Positions 27,858 to 35,452 of a stretch of DNA of 35,452 nt are shown piece by piece. The DNA lies in the NCBI RefSeq assembly GCF_003334305.1, contig NZ_QOWS01000033.1; one strand, 5' to 3'. A model generated the notes under the pieces. The model was not told the DNA's origin, made no database searches, and saw only the letters and a list, made by a program, of their open reading frames with translations. Within the stretch, counting starts at the first letter, position 1; each line of letters begins with the position of its first letter. Origin of the DNA: Escherichia coli (GTDB lineage: Bacteria > Pseudomonadota > Gammaproteobacteria > Enterobacterales > Enterobacteriaceae). The translations under genes and the position numbers were made by a program.

Positions 27858-29018
27858 TCAGGTTGGATCAACAGGCACTACGTTCTCACTTGGGTAACAG
27901 CCCAATACCTTCATTGAACGGGTAATTTCCCCTAACTCTTTCAATGCTTTTTGCATTTCCGCTGATTCAAGATTGGCCTGAATATCCAGATAAAACATCT
28001 CTTCCCATGGATTACCGTGAATCGGGCGTGATTCCAGACGGGTCATAATCAGATTGTGGTTGCGCAGCACCAGCAACGCTTCAACCAGCGCACCGGCTTG
28101 TTGCCCGGTCGCCATTAACAACGTCGTTTTCGCCGGAACCTGGTCAGACACGTTAATGGCTTTACGTGCCAACACCACAAATCGGGTGAAGTTTTGTTGC
28201 TGATTCGCTTCAATACGCTCCAGTACCTGCAAACCGTACAAAGTGCCGCCAGCTTCGCTTCCCAACGCAGCAACATGCGGTGATTTTGCCTGTGCAACCT
28301 TTTCCATTGCCGCAGACGTACTTTCGGTATATTCAATCTTCCAGTGAGGATAACGATTAAGGAATTTGCTGCATTGCTGGAATGGCTGCGGATGGCTGTA
28401 GACCGTATTAATGGTGGATAAATCAGTCGTGCCGGAGACCAACAAACAATGGTCGATAGTTAACGTCATCTCGCCAACAATCGACAAGCTGGTATGTTGC
28501 AGCAGATCGTAAACGTCGTTTATGGCACCGGAGCTGGTATTTTCAATCGGTACGACGGCATAGTCGGCCTGGCCGGTTTCCACCTGATTAAAAATATCGG
28601 CAAATTTGGCGCAGCCACTTTCAATGAATTGCTCAAAGTGACGGGCAGCATACTGGCGCGCCGCAAGATGGGAATAAGAACCTTTGGGGCCGAGAAAAGC
28701 GATGCGTGCTGAGTGCGGATTAATTTTATTGAGATGTTGCTGGAGCAAAGCCTGCTGAGTTAATACGGAATCTTCAATGATGAGCTGGAACAGGCGAGTA
28801 ATGTAATGGGCGTCCAGATGGTGCGCTTTACCGAGCGTAATTAATCTTTCCAGTAAATCGCGTTCACGATCAATATCTCGTACCGGGCGATGCGAGAGCA
28901 GTTTGGCTTTTCCTACCTCGACGGCCAATTCGCGCCGCTCTGCCAGTAATGCTAATAATTTTTCATCCAGCGCGCTGATTTTCTCTCGCAGCGCCAGTAA
29001 CGGGTTTTCCGATGTCAT
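27858..29018 (-). CDS. pheA: Chorismate mutase / prephenate dehydratase (P-protein)
   Basis: 386 aa, [35 protein letters not shown].. Confidence 0.98.
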   Translation of the reverse strand: MTSENPLLALREKISALDEKLLALLAERRELAVEVGKAKLLSHRPVRDIDRERDLLERLITLGKAHHLDAHYITRLFQLIIEDSVLTQQALLQQHLNKINPHSARIAFLGPKGSYSHLAARQYAARHFEQFIESGCAKFADIFNQVETGQADYAVVPIENTSSGAINDVYDLLQHTSLSIVGEMTLTIDHCLLVSGTTDLSTINTVYSHPQPFQQCSKFLNRYPHWKIEYTESTSAAMEKVAQAKSPHVAALGSEAGGTLYGLQVLERIEANQQQNFTRFVVLARKAINVSDQVPAKTTLLMATGQQAGALVEALLVLRNHNLIMTRLESRPIHGNPWEEMFYLDIQANLESAEMQKALKELGEITRSMKVLGCYPSENVVPVDPT

Positions 29019-29041
29019 AGTGTTGCCTTTTTGTTATCAAT

Positions 29042-29070
29042 AAAAAAGGCCCCCCGATTTGGGAGGCCTT
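29042..29070 (-). terminator. pheA attenuator terminator hairpin
   Basis: The minus strand reads AAGGCCTCCCAAATCGGGGGGCCTTTTTTA, between pheL and pheA. Confidence 0.85.
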
Positions 29071-29116
29071 ATTGTTCGTCTTCGCATTCTGTTTCACACG
29101 ACGAAACGCCTCCCAT

Positions 29117-29164
29117 TCAGGGGAAGGTAAAAAAGAATGCGAAGAAAAACGGTGTGTGTTTCAT
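29117..29164 (-). CDS. pheL: pheA leader peptide
   Basis: The minus strand reads ATGAAACACACACCGTTTTTCTTCGCATTCTTTTTTACCTTCCCCTGA, giving MKHTPFFFAFFFTFP*. It has seven Phe codons. Codon 4 is ACA (Thr), where I recall ATA (Ile) in K-12. Confidence 0.9.
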   Translation of the reverse strand: MKHTPFFFAFFFTFP

Positions 29165-29220
29165 GTTTGTTTCCTTAAGTGACTTTAGTACAGTACCCGT
29201 ACTGTTTTCACGCTGTCAAC

Positions 29221-29244
29221 AAAAAACGCGCCCGAAGGCGCGTT
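29221..29244 (-). terminator. raiA terminator
   Basis: The minus strand reads AACGCGCCTTCGGGCGCGTTTTTT. Confidence 0.8.
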
Positions 29245-29267
29245 GGCGATACACTCAATATAAAGGA

Positions 29268-29663
<396 letters not shown>

Positions 29664-29671
29664 TCAAAATG

Positions 29672-29687
29672 TGTGATGGGAATCTCA
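29672..29687. promoter_or_regulatory. Candidate CRP site upstream of raiA
   Basis: TGTGATGGGAATCTCA compared with TGTGA-N6-TCACA gives 9/10 core matches. It lies 63-78 nt upstream of the raiA ATG. Confidence 0.4.
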
Positions 29688-29832
29688 TAATTTTGTCACT
29701 TTTTGTCAACGAATCTTTTTTGTGAGAAATCGCAGGAAGAGGTGTTTTTTTACTTGAGGAATATCTCAAAGCGAGCCATATTTGATGAGATCGATAGTGA
29801 CTAAATCGCTTCAGTTTCACAACTAACAGAAT

Positions 29833-29859
29833 AAAAAAACGGCAGCTCAAGGGCTGCCG
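29833..29859 (-). terminator. bamD terminator
   Basis: The stem is CGGCAGC/GCTGCCG with a 6-nt loop. On the minus strand it is followed by T7. Confidence 0.75.
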
Positions 29860-29879
29860 TTTTGTATTTCAGGTTTCTG

Positions 29880-30617
29880 TTATGTATTGCTGCTGTTTGC
29901 GGCGATGATTTTCGCTACTTTTTCAGCTTGCGCATTCATCTGCATCTGACGGTATGCATTTTCCATCAGCGGCAGCGCATCACGCGTAGCCTGGGTATCC
30001 GGGTAGTCGCGCAACATTCCTTCTACGCGGTTAACGACGGCAACCCATGCGCCACGTTCTGTATAGTACTCGGCCACGGAGTATTCATATTTCGCCAGAC
30101 GATCTTTCAGGAATACCAGACGTTTGGTGGCATCGGTGGTGTACTGACTGTTTGGATAGCCGCGCACCAGTTTGGAAAAGTCACTAAACGCAGCTCGTGC
30201 ATGTTGAGGATCGCGATCGCTACGGTCAACGCCAAAGAACCCTTGCAGCGCACTGTCATCCAGCGCCATATTGGTCAGGCCACGCATGTACATGACATAA
30301 TCGATATTCGGATGGGTCGGGTTAAGGCGAATAAAACGATCGATGGCAGCCTGCGCTAACGGCAAATCGGCGTTTTTATAGTAGGCGTAGATGAGATCCA
30401 GCTGCACCTGCTGCGAATACGGACCAAACGGATAGCGATTATCTAACGCTTCCAGTTGCGTTATTGCCTGTCTCCAGTTACCGTCCTGCAGCTTTTGTTG
30501 TGCAGTCGCGTAAATTTCATTTGGCGGATTATCAGGTACTTCTTCCTTTGACCCCGAGCAACCCGCCAAAAACAGGCTTAGTGTGGCGGCTGCCACCAGA
30601 TATTTCATGCGCGTCAT
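29880..30617 (-). CDS. bamD: Outer membrane assembly lipoprotein BamD (YfiO)
   Basis: 245 aa, lipobox LAGC, TPR-like sequence recognised. Confidence 0.97.
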
Positions 30618-30751
30618 GACGTTTTGACTTTCCTCAAAATGTAATACGGGAGATTCTCTGTTCCTGCTCCCGGTTAAGACCAGCTACAATAGCACACTAT
30701 ATTAAACGGCAAAGCCGTAAAACCCCAACGATAAACGAAGAAGCAGTATAT

Positions 30752-31732
30752 ATGGCACAACGAGTACAGCTCACTGCAACGGTGTCCGAAAACCAACTCG
30801 GTCAACGCTTAGATCAGGCTTTGGCCGAAATGTTCCCGGATTATTCACGTTCGCGAATAAAAGAATGGATCCTCGACCAGCGCGTGCTGGTAAACGGCAA
30901 AGTTTGTGATAAGCCGAAAGAAAAAGTATTGGGTGGCGAGCAGGTTGCCATCAACGCTGAGATTGAAGAAGAAGCGCGTTTTGAACCGCAGGATATCCCG
31001 CTGGATATCGTCTATGAAGATGAAGATATCATCGTCATTAATAAACCGCGCGACCTGGTGGTACATCCTGGCGCGGGTAACCCGGATGGCACGGTACTGA
31101 ATGCGTTGCTTCATTACTATCCGCCCATTGCCGATGTACCGCGTGCGGGCATCGTCCATCGTCTGGATAAAGACACCACTGGCCTGATGGTTGTGGCAAA
31201 AACTGTTCCGGCTCAGACGCGTTTAGTCGAATCTTTGCAAAGGCGTGAAATTACTCGTGAGTATGAAGCGGTGGCAATTGGTCATATGACTGCTGGCGGT
31301 ACAGTAGATGAACCAATCAGCCGCCACCCGACCAAACGTACTCACATGGCGGTGCATCCCATGGGCAAACCGGCGGTCACTCACTATCGCATCATGGAAC
31401 ACTTCCGTGTGCACACGCGTCTGCGGTTGCGTCTGGAGACTGGACGTACGCACCAGATCCGCGTGCATATGGCCCATATCACTCATCCGCTGGTGGGCGA
31501 TCCGGTTTATGGTGGCCGTCCGCGTCCGCCAAAAGGTGCTTCGGAAGCATTTATCTCCACGCTGCGTAAATTTGACCGCCAGGCGCTACATGCAACCATG
31601 TTGCGTCTTTATCACCCGATCTCCGGCATCGAAATGGAATGGCATGCGCCTATTCCACAAGATATGGTGGAGCTGATTGAGGTGATGCGCGCCGATTTCG
31701 AAGAGCATAAGGATGAAGTGGACTGGTTATGA
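30752..31732 (+). CDS. rluD: 23S rRNA pseudouridine synthase RluD
   Basis: 326 aa, S4 domain plus the HRLDKDTTGLMVVAK catalytic motif. Confidence 0.97.
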   Translation: MAQRVQLTATVSENQLGQRLDQALAEMFPDYSRSRIKEWILDQRVLVNGKVCDKPKEKVLGGEQVAINAEIEEEARFEPQDIPLDIVYEDEDIIVINKPRDLVVHPGAGNPDGTVLNALLHYYPPIADVPRAGIVHRLDKDTTGLMVVAKTVPAQTRLVESLQRREITREYEAVAIGHMTAGGTVDEPISRHPTKRTHMAVHPMGKPAVTHYRIMEHFRVHTRLRLRLETGRTHQIRVHMAHITHPLVGDPVYGGRPRPPKGASEAFISTLRKFDRQALHATMLRLYHPISGIEMEWHAPIPQDMVELIEVMRADFEEHKDEVDWL

Positions 31733-32460
31733 GTAAGCTGATTGTCCCGCAGTGGCCGCTGCCAAAAGGTGTTGCGGCCTGTAGCTCTACTCGTATCGGC
31801 GGCGTGAGCTTGCCCCCGTATGACTCACTCAACCTCGGTGCCCATTGTGGCGATAACCCGGATCACGTTGAGGAGAATCGCAAGCGACTTTTTGCTGCGG
31901 GCAATTTGCCTTCTAAACCGGTCTGGCTTGAGCAGGTACACGGCAAAGATGTGCTTAAGCTTACTGGCGAACCTTATGCCTCAAAACGAGCTGATGCCTC
32001 TTATAGCAATACGCCTGGCACGGTTTGCGCAGTGATGACTGCCGACTGCCTCCCTGTGCTGTTTTGCAATCGAGTGGGAACGGAAGTCGCCGCCGCTCAT
32101 GCTGGCTGGCGTGGACTGTGCGCAGGCGTGCTGGAAGAGACGGTTTCCTGTTTTGCTGATAATCCGGAAAATATTCTCGCCTGGTTAGGGCCGGCAATTG
32201 GTCCACGCGCGTTCGAAGTGGGGGTGGAGGTTCGCGAGGCGTTTATGGCAGTAGACGCTAAAGCAAGTGCAGCTTTCATTCAGCATGGTGATAAGTATCT
32301 GGCGGATATTTATCAGCTTGCCCGGCAGCGTCTGGCGAACGTGGGTGTTGAGCAAATTTTCGGCGGCGACCGTTGTACATATACGGAAAATGAGACTTTC
32401 TTCTCTTATCGTCGCGACAAGACCACCGGTCGTATGGCAAGTTTCATTTGGCTGATATAA
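31729..32460 (+). CDS. pgeF: YfiH/PgeF (DUF152 polyphenol-oxidase-like, peptidoglycan editing factor)
   Basis: 243 aa, ATGA overlap with rluD. The sequence is recognised. Confidence 0.93.
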   Translation: MSKLIVPQWPLPKGVAACSSTRIGGVSLPPYDSLNLGAHCGDNPDHVEENRKRLFAAGNLPSKPVWLEQVHGKDVLKLTGEPYASKRADASYSNTPGTVCAVMTADCLPVLFCNRVGTEVAAAHAGWRGLCAGVLEETVSCFADNPENILAWLGPAIGPRAFEVGVEVREAFMAVDAKASAAFIQHGDKYLADIYQLARQRLANVGVEQIFGGDRCTYTENETFFSYRRDKTTGRMASFIWLI

Positions 32461-32521
32461 CCTAAAGAATCAAGACGATCCGGTACGCGTGATTTTCTTT
32501 TCACATTAATCTGGTCAATAA

Positions 32522-32551
32522 CCTTGAATAATTGAGGGATGACCTCATTTA
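32522..32551 (+). promoter_or_regulatory. clpB sigma-32 promoter
   Basis: CCTTGAAT (32522-32529), 13 nt, CCTCATTTA (32543-32551). Confidence 0.75.
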
Positions 32552-32589
32552 ATCTCCAGTAGCAACTTTGATCCGTTATGGGAGGAGTT

Positions 32590-35163
32590 ATGCGTCTGGA
32601 TCGTCTTACTAATAAATTCCAGCTTGCTCTTGCCGATGCCCAATCACTTGCACTCGGGCACGACAACCAATTTATCGAACCACTTCATTTAATGAGCGCC
32701 CTGCTGAATCAGGAAGGGGGTTCGGTTAGTCCTTTATTAACATCCGCTGGCATCAATGCTGGCCAGTTGCGCACAGATATCAATCAGGCATTAAATCGTT
32801 TACCGCAGGTTGAAGGTACTGGTGGTGATGTCCAGCCATCACAGGATCTGGTGCGCGTTCTTAATCTTTGCGACAAGCTGGCGCAAAAACGTGGTGATAA
32901 CTTTATCTCGTCAGAACTGTTCGTTCTGGCGGCACTTGAGTCTCGCGGCACGCTGGCCGACATCCTGAAAGCAGCAGGGGCGACCACCGCCAACATTACT
33001 CAAGCGATTGAACAAATGCGTGGAGGTGAAAGCGTGAACGATCAAGGTGCTGAAGACCAACGTCAGGCTTTGAAAAAATATACCATCGACCTTACCGAAC
33101 GAGCCGAACAGGGCAAACTCGATCCGGTGATTGGTCGTGATGAAGAAATTCGCCGTACCATTCAGGTGCTGCAACGTCGTACTAAAAATAACCCGGTACT
33201 GATTGGTGAACCCGGCGTCGGTAAAACTGCCATCGTTGAAGGTCTGGCGCAGCGTATTATCAACGGCGAAGTGCCGGAAGGATTGAAAGGCCGCCGCGTA
33301 CTGGCGCTGGATATGGGCGCGCTGGTGGCTGGGGCGAAATATCGCGGTGAGTTTGAAGAACGTTTAAAAGGCGTGCTTAACGATCTTGCCAAACAGGAAG
33401 GCAACGTCATCCTGTTTATCGACGAATTACATACCATGGTCGGCGCGGGTAAAGCCGATGGCGCAATGGACGCCGGAAACATGCTGAAACCGGCGCTGGC
33501 GCGTGGTGAATTGCACTGCGTAGGTGCCACGACGCTTGACGAATATCGCCAGTACATTGAAAAAGATGCTGCGCTGGAACGTCGTTTCCAGAAAGTGTTT
33601 GTTGCCGAGCCTTCCGTTGAAGATACCATTGCGATTCTGCGTGGCCTGAAAGAACGTTACGAATTGCACCACCATGTGCAAATTACTGACCCGGCAATTG
33701 TTGCAGCGGCGACGTTGTCTCATCGCTACATTGCTGACCGTCAGCTGCCGGATAAAGCCATCGACCTGATCGATGAAGCAGCATCCAGCATTCGTATGCA
33801 GATTGACTCAAAACCAGAAGAACTCGACCGACTCGATCGTCGTATCATCCAGCTCAAACTGGAACAACAGGCGTTAATGAAAGAGTCTGATGAAGCCAGT
33901 AAAAAACGCCTGGATATGCTCAACGAAGAACTGAGCGACAAAGAACGTCAGTACTCCGAGTTAGAAGAAGAGTGGAAAGCAGAGAAGGCATCGCTTTCTG
34001 GTACGCAGACCATTAAAGCGGAACTGGAACAGGCGAAAATCGCTATTGAACAGGCTCGCCGTGTGGGGGACCTGGCGCGGATGTCTGAACTGCAATACGG
34101 CAAAATCCCGGAACTGGAAAAGCAACTGGAAGCCGCAACGCAGCTCGAAGGCAAAACTATGCGTCTGTTGCGTAATAAAGTGACCGATGCCGAAATTGCT
34201 GAAGTGCTGGCGCGTTGGACGGGGATTCCGGTTTCTCGCATGATGGAAAGCGAGCGCGAAAAACTGCTGCGTATGGAACAAGAACTGCACCATCGCGTCA
34301 TTGGTCAGAACGAAGCGGTTGATGCGGTATCTAACGCTATTCGCCGTAGCCGTGCGGGGTTGGCGGATCCAAATCGCCCGATTGGTTCATTCCTGTTCCT
34401 CGGCCCAACGGGTGTGGGGAAAACTGAGCTTTGTAAGGCGCTGGCGAACTTTATGTTTGATAGCGACGAGGCGATGGTCCGTATCGATATGTCCGAGTTT
34501 ATGGAGAAACACTCGGTGTCTCGTCTGGTTGGTGCGCCTCCGGGATATGTCGGTTATGAAGAAGGTGGCTACCTGACCGAAGCTGTGCGTCGTCGTCCGT
34601 ATTCCGTCATCCTGCTGGATGAAGTGGAAAAAGCGCATCCGGATGTCTTCAACATTCTGTTGCAGGTACTGGATGATGGTCGTCTGACTGACGGGCAGGG
34701 GAGAACGGTCGACTTCCGTAATACGGTTGTCATTATGACCTCTAACCTCGGTTCCGATTTGATTCAGGAACGCTTCGGTGAACTGGATTATGCGCACATG
34801 AAAGAGCTGGTGCTCGGTGTGGTAAGCCATAACTTCCGTCCGGAATTCATTAACCGTATTGATGAAGTGGTGGTCTTCCATCCGCTGGGTGAACAGCACA
34901 TTGCCTCGATTGCGCAGATTCAGTTGAAACGTCTGTACAAACGTCTGGAAGAACGTGGTTATGAAATCCACATTTCTGACGAGGCGCTGAAACTGCTGAG
35001 CGAGAACGGTTACGATCCAGTCTATGGTGCACGTCCTTTGAAACGTGCTATCCAGCAGCAGATCGAAAACCCGCTGGCACAGCAAATACTGTCTGGTGAA
35101 TTGGTTCCGGGTAAAGTGATTCGCCTGGAAGTTAATGAAGACCGGATTGTCGCCGTCCAGTAA
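32590..35163 (+). CDS. clpB: Disaggregase chaperone ClpB
   Basis: [27 protein letters not shown].., 857 aa, with two Walker A motifs ([16 protein letters not shown]). The ORF-track start at 32578 is 4 codons upstream, over the RBS GGAGGAG. Confidence 0.98.
33034..33036 (+). other. clpB: Internal GTG start (Val149) for the short ClpB isoform
   Basis: A GTG at codon 149 is preceded by GGAGGTGAAAGC. Dual translation initiation of clpB is established for E. coli. Confidence 0.7.
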
Positions 35164-35169
35164 ATGATA

Positions 35170-35196
35170 AAACGAGCCCTTCGGGGCTCGTTTTTG
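35170..35196 (+). terminator. clpB terminator
   Basis: ACGAGCCC-TTCG-GGGCTCGT followed by TTTTTG. Confidence 0.85.
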
Positions 35197-35254
35197 TCTA
35201 TAAGTTAGACGGAAAAGACTATATTTAAGATGTTTTGCCTGAAAAATGAGCGAA

Positions 35255-35313
35255 CGATAAAGTTTTTATATTTTTCGCTTGTCAGGCCGGAATAACTCCC
35301 TATAATGCGCCAC
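35255..35313 (+). promoter_or_regulatory. rRNA operon promoter P1 with UP element (rrnG position in K-12)
   Basis: A/T-rich UP element GATAAAGTTTTTATATTTTTCG, then -35 TTGTCA (35279-35284), a 16-nt spacer, -10 TATAAT (35301-35306) and the GC-rich discriminator GCGCCACC. Confidence 0.9.
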
Positions 35314-35397
35314 CACTGACACGGAACAACGGCAAACACGCCGCCGGGTCAGCGGGGTTCTCCTGAGAATTCCGGCAGAGAAAGCAAAAATAAATGC

Positions 35398-35432
35398 TTG
35401 ACTCTGTAGCGGGAAAGCGTATTATGCACACC
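35398..35432 (+). promoter_or_regulatory. rRNA operon promoter P2
   Basis: -35 TTGACT (35398-35403), a 16-nt spacer, -10 TATTAT (35420-35425), followed by GCACACCCCGCGCC. Confidence 0.85.
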
Positions 35433-35452
35433 CCGCGCCGCTGAGAAAAAGC

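Noticed and set aside
32461-32589. Possible small RNA upstream of or overlapping the clpB start (I vaguely recall an sRNA annotated near here in K-12)
   Set aside because: I cannot support it from the sequence alone. The interval is fully explained by the sigma-32 promoter and the clpB 5' UTR.
34387-35085. 232-aa minus-strand ORF inside clpB (and several similar ones at 33162-34301)
   Set aside because: These are antisense shadows of clpB.

Overview
This window is an Escherichia coli-type chromosome, reverse-oriented relative to the K-12 map. It has two parts.

**(A) Bases 1 to ~10806: the late/tail arm of a P2-like prophage inserted at the 3' end of ssrA.**
- The gene order is tail-fibre H variable end, G (Tfa), an invertible tail-fibre cassette with a Pin/Gin/Cin/Hin-family invertase, FI, FII, E and E+E' (-1 frameshift), T, U, D, ogr.
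- Between ogr and the ssrA junction lies a ~1.2 kb AT-richer cargo.
- The cargo holds a densely structured non-coding stretch (about 9524-9767), a 57-aa single-TM ORF and an overlapping 257-aa minimal reverse transcriptase with a DIKQFF motif and an FMDD catalytic motif.
- I regard this ncRNA + small membrane ORF + mini-RT cassette as the candidate novel system, either retron-like or DRT-like anti-phage or toxin-type. It does not match the canonical retron RT signatures I can recall, and it is unusually small.

**(B) Bases 10807 to 35452: ordinary conserved core genes.**
- The order is ssrA, smpB, ratA-ratB, bamE, recN, nadK, grpE, yfjD, ypjD, ffh, rpsP-rimM-trmD-rplS, yfiB-dgcN-yfiR, yfiL, aroF-tyrA, pheA-pheL, raiA, bamD, rluD, pgeF (yfiH), clpB.
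- The window ends in the rrn P1/P2 promoters.
- The textbook regulatory sites are visible: LexA boxes, sigma-32 promoters, TyrR boxes, the pheA attenuator and several terminators.

I saw no CRISPR array, no IS element and no tRNA. All folds and motif matches were done by eye, and no database search was possible.
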